Shown: positions 19,895 through 29,353 of the stretch, piece after piece | Position numbering within the stretch: position 1 is the first letter of the stretch | Layout: every line of letters starts with the position of its first letter | Assembly: GCA_963812605.1 (NCBI GenBank) | Contig: CAWEWF010000007.1 | Location: 1-64,000 of the forward strand | Length of the DNA: 64,000 nt | Origin: an uncultured Verrucomicrobiae bacterium | GTDB lineage: Bacteria > Verrucomicrobiota > Verrucomicrobiia > Palsa-1439 | Reading direction: 5' to 3' | Notes under the pieces: model-generated | Seen by the model: only the letters and a program-made list of their open reading frames with translations | Told to the model about the DNA's origin: nothing | The model's database searches: none | Made by a program: the position numbers and the translations under genes

Positions 19895-20956
19895 ATGAAA
19901 AAGATCGCGATGCTGACGGGCGGCGGCGACTGCCCCGGTTTGAACGCAGTGATTCGCGCGGTGACGCGCAAGGCCCTGGTGGAAGGCTACGAGGTGTTCG
20001 GTTTCCACAACGGTTGGGCCGGCGTGCTCAAGGGCGATTATTTTCCGCTCACGCGGGAGCGGGTGTCGGGTATTTTGCATCTCGGCGGCACGATTCTTGG
20101 CACTTCGCGCACCAATCCGACCGACGAGCAGCTCGAGACGCTGGTCAAGCATGTCAAGAGCATGGATCTGTCCGCGCTCGTGGCCATCGGCGGCGACGAT
20201 ACCCTCAGCGTCGCTTCGCGCCTGCACAAGCGCGGCATGCCGGTCATCGGTGTGCCGAAGACCATCGACAACGATATTGACGGCACGGATCAGACCTTCG
20301 GCTTCGACACGGCGATCAACATCGCCACCGAAGCGATCGATCGCCTGCACAGCACCGCCGAGTCGCATAGCCGGGTGTTGGTGGTGGAATTGATGGGGCG
20401 TCATGCCGGCTGGATTGCGCTCGAGGCGGGCATGGCCGGTGGCGCGGACCTGATTTTGTTGCCGGAATTCCCGTTGACCCTGGCCGAGATCTGCAAAATC
20501 ATCAAGCAACGCCAGGCGGGTGGAAAGAATTTCTCCATCGTCGCCGTCGCCGAGGGCTTTAAGCTCGGCGGCGTCGAGATTACCGCCGCCCAGGAACTGG
20601 ACGCGTTCGGCCATGTCCGGCTCGGCGGCATTGGCGAAGTGCTTTGCCGTGAGATTGAGAAAACCACCGGTATCGAAAGCCGGGGCGTGGTGCTGGGTCA
20701 TATTCAACGCGGCGGAACACCCAGCGCCTTCGACCGCGTGCTCGGCACGCGCTACGGCGTGAAGGCGGTCGACCTCGCGCTGAAAGGCGAGTTCGGCAAG
20801 ATGGTCGCGCTGCGCGGCACGGAGGTCGTCGGCATCGACATCAATTCAATCCTCACCGAGGTGGTCGACCCGAAGACCGGCAAGCCGAAACTTCGCGTGC
20901 GCAACCGCTGTGTGTCCCAGGAACTCTACGACGTTGCGAAGGTCTTCTTTGGTTGA
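19895..20956 (+). CDS. pfkA: 6-phosphofructokinase with PPi-type signature
   Basis: TGGGDCPGLN, GGDDT, PKTIDND, MGRHAGW, LGHIQRGG. Confidence 0.93.
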   Translation: MKKIAMLTGGGDCPGLNAVIRAVTRKALVEGYEVFGFHNGWAGVLKGDYFPLTRERVSGILHLGGTILGTSRTNPTDEQLETLVKHVKSMDLSALVAIGGDDTLSVASRLHKRGMPVIGVPKTIDNDIDGTDQTFGFDTAINIATEAIDRLHSTAESHSRVLVVELMGRHAGWIALEAGMAGGADLILLPEFPLTLAEICKIIKQRQAGGKNFSIVAVAEGFKLGGVEITAAQELDAFGHVRLGGIGEVLCREIEKTTGIESRGVVLGHIQRGGTPSAFDRVLGTRYGVKAVDLALKGEFGKMVALRGTEVVGIDINSILTEVVDPKTGKPKLRVRNRCVSQELYDVAKVFFG

Positions 20957-21603
20957 TGTCAAAAACCCATCTCGTCCGTTGCCATTTGTACGGATTCATC
21001 GATACCGCGTATATCGATGGGTTTGATTCGGGGGAAGTGGCGCGTGAACTAATCGCGGGCGGCGTGGACATCCTCCAGGTGCGCGCGAAGGAGAAGTCGC
21101 ACGCGGATCGTGTCGCTCTCGCGCGGAGTGTTGTCTCCGCGGCGTTTCAGTACAAAGTGCCCGTGATCATCAACGACGACATCGAAGCGGCTTTTGAGGC
21201 GGGCGCGGACGGCGTGCACCTCGGACAGGAGGATTGGGCCGCGATTCCGCCATGGAAGAACGGGCCGAACGGTTGGCGAACATGCGCATTGTTGGGCTGA
21301 GTACGCACTCCTTGGAACAGGCGCTGGCGGCGGAACGGGATGGCGCGGACTATCTCGGGGTTGGCCCCGTTTATCCCACCAGCCACGAAACCCGGTGTGG
21401 AACCCGTAGGTGTCGAGTTGGTGCGGGAAGTTGCCGCGCGCGTGAAAACCCCGTTCTTTGCGATTGGCGGTATCACACTCAGCAACATCGGCGAGGTCCT
21501 GGAGGCGGGCGCGACGCGCGTGGCCGTCGTTTCCGCGATCCTGAAAGCCTCCGATAGGACGAAAGCCGCGACAGCATTCAAAAAGCGATTGGAGAAATTG
21601 TAG
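20956..21603 (+). CDS. thiE: Thiamine-phosphate synthase (two apparent frameshifts, near 21250 and 21375)
   Basis: [20 protein letters not shown] / GLSTHS, DYLGVGP / TKPG, FAIGGI spread over three frames. Confidence 0.9.
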
Positions 21604-21639
21604 CCGCGAAAAAGTTCGGGGGCGGCAAAGGAAATCACC

Positions 21640-22550
21640 ATGAGTCTTCTCATCACCGGTTCTGTTGCGCTGGACAGCGTCAAGACGCCACTCCAGGAAC
21701 ACCACGATCTGCTCGGCGGCTCGGCCAGTTACGCTTCAGTGGCCGCAAGCTTTTTTGAACCTGTCCAGATGGTCGCAATTGTCGGCACGGACTTCCCGGA
21801 AAAATATCTCGCCCTCTATCGCAAACACGGCATCGATCTCGACGGCCTGCAGATTGCCGACGGCAAGACGTTTCGCTGGAGCGGCGAGTATGAATGGGAC
21901 CTGAACAAGCGGCGCACCCTGTCGGTCGAATTGAACGTCTTCGAGAAATTCCAACCCAATTTACCGGAAGCCTACCAGCGCACACCGTACGTCTTTCTCG
22001 CGAACATCTCGCCACAACTGCAGATGCACGTGCTGGCGCAGGTTGTCGCGCCGAAATTTGTCGTGGCCGACACAATGGACTTGTGGATCGAGACCCAACG
22101 CGACGCCCTGACCGAGTTGCTTCGCAAAATTGATTGTTTGGTGCTCAACGAGAGCGAGGCGCGCGAGTTCACGAAGCAGACCAGCCTCATCAAGGCCGGC
22201 CATCAGACTCCTAAAGCTGGGCCCGAAATACGTGGTCATCAAAAAGGGCGAACATGGCTGCTTGCTCTTTGGGAATGATTTCTTCTTCAGCGCGCCGGCG
22301 TATCCCGCTCGAAGATATTCACGACCCGACCGGCGCGGGCGATTGTTTTGCGGGCGCGTTCACCGGTTATCTCGCTCGCGCCAACCGCATCGACCAAAAT
22401 TCCCTTCGCAAGGCGGTCATCTACGGCAGCGTCATCGCCTCGTATTGCGTGGAGGATTTCAGTCTCACCCGGCTGCAATCGCTGATCGAACCCGAAATCA
22501 ACGAGCGCTACACTCAGTTCAAATCGATGAGTCACTTCGACGCGGACTGA
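21640..22550 (+). CDS. PfkB/ribokinase-family kinase (two apparent frameshifts, near 22203 and 22305)
   Basis: GSVALDSV..LGGSA; LNESEA / VIKKGEHG / DPTGAGDCFAG. Confidence 0.9.
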
Positions 22551-22564
22551 TCTTGGGGCTGAAT

Positions 22565-22638
22565 TGTAGGGCAAGCGCGTCGCTTGCCGTCGTTGATCAG
22601 TAGGCACGCCGAATGGCAGGCGGAGCGCCCGCCCTACA
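22565..22638. repeat. GTAG-type REP doublet between convergent genes
   Basis: TGTAGGG...CCCTACA termini with internal hairpins; same design as 13612-13681. Confidence 0.7.
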
Positions 22639-22658
22639 AAACCGATCCGTAAGCGCGT

Positions 22659-22880
22659 TCAGAACCCGGCGCGTTCAATTTCACTTTCGCCGAAAAGTAT
22701 CTCACGGGCCCGTTCGAATTCAGCTTCTGGGACGAGCACGCGCGTGTCGCGGGCCAGGTCATCAAGGTTTGGCTTCGCGTCCTTCTCTTCCATCTGGGGA
22801 TGGAGGTCCCACTTCTCAAGCACCAGCACCACCATCTCCGATTTGATGGCCTGGCCTTCAAACACGATCCGCTGGCTCAT
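22659..22880 (-). CDS. Small DUF2007-like protein
   Basis: RVLVPEAEFERAREIL motif; last gene of the clpS run. Confidence 0.6.
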   Translation of the reverse strand: MSQRIVFEGQAIKSEMVVLVLEKWDLHPQMEEKDAKPNLDDLARDTRVLVPEAEFERAREILFGESEIERAGF

Positions 22881-23377
22881 TGCCATTCTCCAATTCCACG
22901 AAAAGGTGCAGGAGGTATCCGAGCAGTTGGATCCGCAGCGCCGCCAAATGCCGCGGATCCTGTGGGTCGAAGTCCCGGCGCTCCATGTCTTGTTCGTCGA
23001 TCTTGTGGATTTCGGCGAGGATCAGGCGCGTCTGGTTGAGGGCGCTCATCCACGCGCTCAGATGCTCGACGGGAAATGTGACCTCGTAAGCTTCGGGCTC
23101 TTCCTGGTTGCCCGTCATCGCCGTCAGGTCGCGCGTCACGGTTTCCGCCGCGGAGACGAACAGATGGCGCAATTCCGGGCTGACCATTTGCTGCCATTCC
23201 TTGTTGATCTTGTCGTTGCCTCTGGTGGGATTGGGAAAAAGTCGGGCGCTGGCGTCCGGTCCGTCGCGCAATTCCAGGATTTCCGGGCATTTCGCGAAGC
23301 ATCACGGCCAGCATCGCCGTCAGCCCGCCAATGCGGACGCGCTTTTCATCCAGCCGTTCGACGCGCAGGTCGATCAC
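22858..23377 (-). CDS. DUF2017-like protein (apparent frameshift near 23280)
   Basis: GTG overlaps the clpS stop; ARLFP...EWQQMVSPEL...AWMSALNQTRLIL. Confidence 0.7.
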
Positions 23378-23682
23378 GTTGCGGATTTCTCCATCGTGGC
23401 GAGCAGTTGATAGCCGTGAAGTTGGTGGACGTAATGCTCCGCCTGCTCGCGGCCACCTGACCACACCAGCGAACGGCCCTGGTTATGCACCTCCAGCATC
23501 ATTTTCTTCGCCTTGGCGCGCGGATAGCCGAATACGCGCATCAGCACCATGGTGACATAGTTCATCAGGTTGATGGGATCATTGTGGACGATGACGTTCC
23601 ACGGTGTCGAAAGCTCCTCCTTTGTCGCAGTCTCGTCAATATGAATGACACCGGGTTGTCCCGTGGCGTTCGAAGGCGTCAT
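23374..23682 (-). CDS. clpS: ATP-dependent Clp protease adaptor
   Basis: WNVIVHNDPINLMNYV, MLEVHNQGRSLV, EQAE. Confidence 0.93.
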   Translation of the reverse strand: MTPSNATGQPGVIHIDETATKEELSTPWNVIVHNDPINLMNYVTMVLMRVFGYPRAKAKKMMLEVHNQGRSLVWSGGREQAEHYVHQLHGYQLLATMEKSAT

Positions 23683-23770
23683 ATTTCCCGGTACCATACC
23701 AAACCCGCCCCCCTTTACCAACTTTGGCTTGATTTGAAAAAAGAAACGGCGAGAATACAAGGGGTTTCAA

Positions 23771-23841
23771 GCGGGCGTAGCAGAGTTCACCCCGAAAAGT
23801 TCGGGCGCTTGCCCCGAATCCTTTTCGGGGTGGTAATGCAC
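23771..23841 (+). pseudogene. Degenerate copy of the 5' part of tRNA-Gly, interrupted by two palindromes
   Basis: GCGGGCGTAGCAGAGT (15/16 to the tRNA) + 45-nt insert + GGTAATGCAC (10/10). Confidence 0.7.
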
Positions 23842-23852
23842 CGCAATCAGGT

Positions 23853-23926
23853 GCGGGCGTAGCATAGTGGTAATGCACTGGCTTCCCAAGCCAGCTAGGT
23901 GGGTTCGATTCCCATCGCCCGCTCCA
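23853..23926 (+). tRNA. tRNA-Gly (CCC)
   Basis: GCGGGCG acceptor, CTGGC-TTCCCAA-GCCAG anticodon arm, GGTTCGATT T-loop, encoded CCA. Confidence 0.97.
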
Positions 23927-24059
23927 AATCTCTCTGCGCTTGGCAGCACCCACCCAAGCAACCTGCGGGTTTGATAGTGCACCGGCCCCGAAGGGGATTC
24001 GGGGTAAAGTTCGCCACGTGAAACGTGGTAAAATTCCCATTAGCTCGATTCTATCGAGC

Positions 24060-24071
24060 CGCCCGCTCCAA
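24060..24071 (+). repeat. Duplicate of the tRNA-Gly 3' end (att-like scar or degenerate tRNA copy)
   Basis: CGCCCGCTCCAA is identical to 23916-23927, and is preceded by TCGATTC. Confidence 0.6.
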
Positions 24072-24128
24072 TTCTCCACTGAGGCTCCGGCGGCTGATTT
24101 AAAGCACGGTATTATTCGCCTTGCGGAA

Positions 24129-24148
24129 TGTTAACGAATATGTTAACT
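24129..24148. promoter_or_regulatory. Putative TA operator TGTTAAC-N5-TGTTAAC
   Basis: Two GTTAAC palindromes directly upstream of the HigB-like gene. Confidence 0.5.
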
Positions 24149-24156
24149 TCCTTGGT

Positions 24157-24420
24157 GTGCATGAGATAAACTTTTACAGGACTGCCGGTGGCCATTGTCC
24201 TGTTGAGGAGTTCTTGGACAGCCTGACGGGAAAGCAGGCTCAGAAAGTGGCGTGGACATTAGCAACTGATTGAGGAACTGGATCGGGTTCCGAGCCGAGT
24301 ATCTGGAAAAGATGACAGGAACCGAAAATCTCTGGGAAGTCCGGGTGGAGTTTGCCGGGAACATTTTTCGGCTGTTGGGTTGCTGGAGGGCGGATCTGAC
24401 TCCGACAGCATTTAGAATAA
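24157..24420 (+). pseudogene. Gp49/HigB-like (RelE superfamily) toxin, multiply disrupted
   Basis: INFYRTAGGHCPVEEFLDSL..KQAQKV / LIEELDRVP / TENLWEVRVEFAGNIFRLL across frames. End approximate. Confidence 0.75.
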
Positions 24421-24499
24421 ACCCAGGATCGCAAGGGAAATCAATACAGGGATTGCATGAACGACTATTTCAACCGGAACACCAGGTACCAGGAAAAAC

Positions 24500-24765
24500 C
24501 TCAAAAAATACATCATCAATCGCCAACATCGGGACGCTGATTTTGCCAGGGGTTACGATAAGGGCTATGCCGAATTCAAGGTGGGGGTTCTTATTCGTGA
24601 GGCAAGGCAAAGGATTCGGTTGACGAGGAAGAACTCGCCAAGCGGCTGCGTACCAAGAAGACCGCCATTTCCCGCCTGGAGAACCATGCGACCGACATTC
24701 GATTGAGCACCTTGCTTAAACTGGCGAAGGTCTTAGGCAAGGAACTGCAAGTGGTGTTGCGGTAG
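24500..24765 (+). pseudogene. HigA-like XRE-HTH antitoxin, frameshifted
   Basis: KKYI..R..RDADFARGYDKGYAEFKVGVLIREAR / EELAKRLRTKKTAISRLENHATDIRLSTLLKLAKVLGK. Start approximate. Confidence 0.75.
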
Positions 24766-24963
24766 GACTGCGGGTCGCGCCGCCGCTACCACTTCCACCG
24801 CTTGAGGCAGGGCGGCGTTGACGGGGGGCTGGATGCGTGAGGGATCAGGCGGCGGGATTCGGCGGGGGCTGGGGCGGAGAAGTTCGTTGACCCTGCGGCT
24901 TGGTCTGGCAAAATGGAAGAACGAAAGACGGCGGGTCTGAGTTGCAAAGGCAGGCGTAGGACA

Positions 24964-25329
24964 ATGTCGCAATTAACGCCACAGAGTATTCACGCAATTC
25001 TGTCGGAGTATTTTCCCGAAAAGAATGACGATTTTCCCTCTTCATACCTAGAGGAATTGTCTGAGCTAAATCGCTTCGGGATTTCAACAGCCACGCAATT
25101 GCGGCAACTCCTATCCAAGTGGTCGGCAGAAATCATGGACATTGATGCCAGTCCGATGAGTTCGCAGGATATCGCTCTCGCCAAGGCGGTTGACGGAGAC
25201 GAAGAAGTCACTAAGAGATTGGAGACTGGATATTGGTTTTCATACCCAGCACTTCTTCGTCTTGCGTTAGAACTAGAGTTCGGAGAGGAATATAGAAAGT
25301 TCAGCTACAAGCGTGACGGTCTAGAATAA
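24964..25329 (+). CDS. Hypothetical protein (lower GC)
   Basis: 121-aa ORF with AGGA upstream. Confidence 0.6.
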   Translation: MSQLTPQSIHAILSEYFPEKNDDFPSSYLEELSELNRFGISTATQLRQLLSKWSAEIMDIDASPMSSQDIALAKAVDGDEEVTKRLETGYWFSYPALLRLALELEFGEEYRKFSYKRDGLE

Positions 25330-25459
25330 GCTATGAGCGTTCACCGATCTTGCATCTAACTGAGTTGATCGAAGCCGCTGTCGAGGATCTGGACAAGCTT
25401 TGGAACTGTCAAGGCAAAACCCGACGGATCGAGAGACGAAAACATTTGACCAAAGGCCG

Positions 25460-25640
25460 GTATTTTTTGCGGTTGAAAATTATCCCTTGGGTAATTTCGT
25501 GAGCCGACACGGGGCCGACATCAACAGCGTTGATTTTAGCCGAGCGAGCCCCTTGCTTTATGACTCCAGTTGGGCAATTACGAGGTCGCGCTTTCGGCTA
25601 AAGCATGGTGCCAATCCAAATGCCGAAGAAATAACGGGTC
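25460..25640 (+). pseudogene. Ankyrin-repeat fragment
   Basis: HGADIN and KHGANPNA motifs in a degraded frame. Confidence 0.4.
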
Positions 25641-25917
25641 GATTCCCTTTCGGCAAACGTCGGTCAATAATGATCATCGACAAGCTTCAGAGCCGGAGGG
25701 AAAGCCAAGCGAGAGGTCGAGGGAAACGGGCTCGATTTGCTGACTCAACATTAGTCGGAATCTCGCCTGGCGATTTTCAAGTGGAAGCAAATTGGGGGCG
25801 GTCATGGATCAGCGACAGTCGCAATTATCTATCTGCCCACCGGTCTCAGTTTAGTAAGCGAGGGATGTGCTGGTCATTTTGGGTCAGTCGAGAACAATCG
25901 GCGAAAGGAATAAAACC

Positions 25918-26277
25918 ATGAGCAAGATGCAGAAGAAGAACTTGTCCCAGCCGGACGAGAAACGGACCTTTGATAACGGACTGGTTGAAACCGTATCTCT
26001 GAGCGGGGTGACCTTCGGTCGGGCGACGTTGCAGCCGGGTTGGAAATGGTCAACCTGCGTAAAGCCCCTGGCGAAAACCCAGAGCTGTCAGGCAGCCCAT
26101 CTGCAATACCATGTGTCGGGACGCCTGCATGTCGTGATGGATGACGGATCGAAAGCCGAATTCGGGCCGGGAGAAGTGTCCTATCTTCCGCCAGGGCATG
26201 ATGCCTGGGTGGTGGGCAATGAACCGGTCGTTGTCATCGACATCAGCGGGATGGAGAATTACGCCAAGCCGAAGTGA
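25918..26277 (+). CDS. Cupin domain protein
   Basis: LQPGWKWS, CQAAH, SGRLHV, PPGHDAWVVG; AAGGA SD. Confidence 0.9.
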   Translation: MSKMQKKNLSQPDEKRTFDNGLVETVSLSGVTFGRATLQPGWKWSTCVKPLAKTQSCQAAHLQYHVSGRLHVVMDDGSKAEFGPGEVSYLPPGHDAWVVGNEPVVVIDISGMENYAKPK

Positions 26278-26321
26278 GATGATCCGGCGGCGTTTCTAGG
26301 CGGCAGGATTTGGCTCGCCCG

Positions 26322-26681
26322 ATGAACACTACGAATGTTCCGGTACAGCAGCCGTCAGTCGCAGCCGGGAAAGTTTGGTTTTTCAGCTTACCGGCTATGC
26401 TCGGGATTGCTTCCTGGCTGGCGATTTGGACGCGCACTTTTGCCTTCGACAATCACTATCTCAACGAGGCTGAAGCGAAGAAGGTGCTAATGGTAATGTT
26501 TGTTCTCATGCTGTGGATTGGTCCCTTTTCCGGCACGGCATCCATCATTCTGGCCCGCAACAGCCAGGTCGTCGGATGGAAACGAACGTTGTGCTATGTC
26601 CTCAATGGATTTTGGGGTCTCTTCGCATTATTTTCCTTCATCGGGTATTGCTTGTGGCGGCGGGGCCTATGGGCTTTTTGA
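26322..26681 (+). CDS. Hypothetical three-TM membrane protein
   Basis: Three hydrophobic segments. Confidence 0.5.
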   Translation: MNTTNVPVQQPSVAAGKVWFFSLPAMLGIASWLAIWTRTFAFDNHYLNEAEAKKVLMVMFVLMLWIGPFSGTASIILARNSQVVGWKRTLCYVLNGFWGLFALFSFIGYCLWRRGLWAF

Positions 26682-26736
26682 GTATTTGAGAAGGTTGACG
26701 CATCGCGGGAGCGTCCGGAAACATCGGCGGATGAAA

Positions 26737-26856
26737 TAAAAGGGAGAGTCGAGGCTCGAATCTCGGATTACTGCTACCCCCAAGCCGCATTCTCTATCTA
26801 CATGCGGCCTCTCGCCTTTGAGATTTCCCAGCGAGTAGAGCGTCTCGACTCTCCAC
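26737..26856 (-). ncRNA. Candidate small RNA, copy A
   Basis: 11-bp terminal stem GGAGAGTCGAG/CTCGACTCTCC, U-tail, three internal hairpins, TTGCAT-16-TATTAT promoter just upstream on the - strand. Confidence 0.55.
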
Positions 26857-27106
26857 GGCAATAATACAAATCATCGGAAAAAATGCAAGGAGGAATTGCG
26901 CGGCCGTAAACAGCCGAAGCCGTTTCACTTGTTTTTTTCGAGAAGTTTCTCTCCAAAGTCGTTTAGGCGCAGAGCATGCGGCGGGGTAGGGCGATTCACC
27001 GATGGGGTTTGGTTGTTTGACCGACGCGAGATTCATCCACTTACCCAATATACGGGCAACAACGTTTCCGTTAGTATCGTTTCCTGTCAGAGAAAAGGAG
27101 ATGCAG

Positions 27107-27259
27107 ATGAAGAAGATCACGCTGACTGCGAAACTGATCGGGTGGGTTGAGTTCTGCTGGCTACTGGTGAGCAGCCCCAGCTTTCAGGCGGCGCGAAACA
27201 AGCGCCTGGCTTTTTACCAATACCAACAGAGCAAGGGCTACAACACTCCCTGCTTCTGA
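27107..27259 (+). CDS. 50-aa small protein
   Basis: AAGGAG SD 6 nt before ATG; MKKITLTAKLIGWVEFCWLLVSS... Confidence 0.45.
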   Translation: MKKITLTAKLIGWVEFCWLLVSSPSFQAARNKRLAFYQYQQSKGYNTPCF

Positions 27260-27360
27260 TCTCGCATCAGGTACTTCTTGTACCAGCGAAGACAGGACAG
27301 AACGGCGGCGACAGCCCGATATCTGCCGTACGCCATTTCGTAGTCCGAACCACGCCGCCG

Positions 27361-27618
27361 CTATCGTCTCCACCGCTTGATGCACCGCGACGCTCGATGA
27401 GCAGTACGAACCCGCCTGCCGATTTCGAGGAAGACTTCGTCAATGGTTTTTCGCTTGGCTATGGCGCGGTCGATTATTTCGCTGTAAACGTCATCGTCGA
27501 TCACGATGTGTTGCGTGGGACGACCGGCTTTTTCTTCGGAGTAGGATATGTAGAGAGGTGCCAGCCGTTGCAGCACCCGAAAGACATGAGTGGAGACTTC
27601 CAGCACGTGTCTATTCAT
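27361..27618 (-). CDS. Hypothetical protein with a ribbon-helix-helix-like segment
   Basis: HIVIDDDVYSEIIDRAIAKRKTIDEVF; GGGGG SD-like sequence. Confidence 0.4.
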   Translation of the reverse strand: MNRHVLEVSTHVFRVLQRLAPLYISYSEEKAGRPTQHIVIDDDVYSEIIDRAIAKRKTIDEVFLEIGRRVRTAHRASRCIKRWRR

Positions 27619-27889
27619 ACAGCCCCCATCGACCTTCCACGGTAACGTAAGCCTGATCGCACAAATAGCAACTGATGCCGGCGGTAGTCGACAGAGCTTG
27701 CACGAGGACGGATATCCTAGAGGCAGTGTAGAGATGGACATGCTCCTGCTTCGACGCCCCATCGGAGCGACCTCCTTGGGGGGCGTGATCGGGCGCTACA
27801 CTGCCCAAGCTGACCGAGGCCCAAAATGGGCTTGTAAGCCTTTTCAAAGGTGAGACTATGAGTGCTTGCCAGACCGCAATCCGCCGGGC

Positions 27890-29059
27890 ATGAAAGCGCT
27901 CATTAGTAGTTTATTGATGTTCGTCGCTTCGACGTTTGTGACAACGGCGGCGGATACGACAAAAACATCCCCGCCATCCCTGGCCGATCTTCGTCAGAAC
28001 GGCGCATTTGCTTTCCCCCAAAAGGACGCCACAGTGCTCTGTGACCGGCCCGATTTGCGCTTCTCCGTGTGGAACAACGATGGATATCTCTTTGCCCAAG
28101 CGGTGGTATGGAATGACGACGACGCGTCGCTGGGCAAAACGGACGATAATCGGGAAATTGGGGACTGGTCGGAATTCATGCTCGACGTGGATGCCGACGG
28201 AAAGCCCACGCCTCACGTGGACCGGGATTATTTGCTAAATCCATGGCCGGGCTTCGAGGGTCTGCGTTACCAGATTTGCCTGGGCGAAAACACCTTCACG
28301 GGCATCCAAAGCGATTCTAAAGGCCGGGGCGCGATCCGCTACGTGGAAACCGCCGAAGGTAAGAAAGTCCGGGTGGATACTTGTTTAATTCCTCTGGAGG
28401 AAATACACCGGCACGCGGGTGATAAAATACGAATCTGCTACTGGGGTTTTTCGCCGAAACCGCTGCTGACAGTTAATTCCGCCGGTTACGAACGCACCGG
28501 GAAAGTTTACTACGCCCACTCTATTCCGCGATCCCAATACCATGAATATGTTCTGGCCACTGGCCGCGAAATTGATGCCGCTCAAGTCCCGGAAGGACGA
28601 AGCGATATTTCGCTTTCGCGTCGAAAGAACGTGCCAACGCCTGGGATTGGCGAGCCGGCCCCCGAAATCTCGGCGAAGGAGTGGATCAATCTTGTCCATC
28701 CTCCGACGTTGGCGACCCTGCGCGGAAAAGTTGTTGTCGTGGAATTCTGGGCGACGTGGTGCGGGCCTTGCGTCGAGAGTATTCCGCGCTTGAACGAACT
28801 ACTCCACAAATATGCGGGCAGGAACTTCCAATTGCTGAGTTTCGCCGAAGAGGGTCACCAGACAATGGACAAATTCCTCAGCAAGAGGCGCATCGAATAT
28901 CCCATTGGTTTGGAAAGTCCCTCCCTTGAAGATTACGGCGTTACCGCGATTCCACACGCGTTTGTCGTCGATCAAAAGGGAAAGATCGTTTGGCAGGGGC
29001 ATACTGCTTCGGTCGAAATGGACGAAGCAATTTCAGCGGCATTGAACGAAGCGAAGTAG
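27890..29059 (+). CDS. Exported TlpA/redoxin-family protein with an unidentified N-terminal domain
   Basis: Signal peptide; GEPAPEISAKEWIN, GKVVVVEFWATWCGPC, IPHAFVVDQKGKIVW. Confidence 0.88.
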   Translation: MKALISSLLMFVASTFVTTAADTTKTSPPSLADLRQNGAFAFPQKDATVLCDRPDLRFSVWNNDGYLFAQAVVWNDDDASLGKTDDNREIGDWSEFMLDVDADGKPTPHVDRDYLLNPWPGFEGLRYQICLGENTFTGIQSDSKGRGAIRYVETAEGKKVRVDTCLIPLEEIHRHAGDKIRICYWGFSPKPLLTVNSAGYERTGKVYYAHSIPRSQYHEYVLATGREIDAAQVPEGRSDISLSRRKNVPTPGIGEPAPEISAKEWINLVHPPTLATLRGKVVVVEFWATWCGPCVESIPRLNELLHKYAGRNFQLLSFAEEGHQTMDKFLSKRRIEYPIGLESPSLEDYGVTAIPHAFVVDQKGKIVWQGHTASVEMDEAISAALNEAK

Positions 29060-29083
29060 TTTCCGGGAGGCAACGGGCGGCTC

Positions 29084-29144
29084 GAAAAGAGGAGAGTCGA
29101 GACTTGCCTACTAACCGCTACTACCCTCATCCTCGACTCTCCAC
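29084..29144 (-). ncRNA. Candidate small RNA, copy B
   Basis: Same 11-bp terminal stem as copy A, 30-nt loop, U-tail, TTGCTA-16-TAGTTT promoter upstream on the - strand. Confidence 0.5.
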
Positions 29145-29353
29145 CTCAAACTACGCCCGATTGCAAAAATAGCAAATGATGGTTCGGTGAACGGGGCTGC
29201 GGACAAGGTTTTTATTGGGAATACGCCATTTCATTTTTTACGTGACAAGGCGGGACGAATTTGATGGCCAAGGCTGGAGGCATTCCGCCCGACAATGCGG
29301 AAACGGACGGCAATGCCGGGATGCGCCCGGCAATTTTGCCCGCAGAAAAGCTA

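Noticed and set aside
20956-22550. Programmed frameshifting in thiE and pfkB
   Set aside because: Two breaks per gene with no slippery heptamer or stimulatory structure; better explained by assembly indels.
24964-25329. Resemblance to the C-terminal region of small alarmone synthetases
   Set aside because: Only a vague impression; no synthetase catalytic motifs are present.
24900-29100. Islet as an integron cassette array
   Set aside because: No integrase, and no convincing RYYYAAC...GTTRRRY attC pairs; only loose GTTTAGGC/CGTAGG matches.
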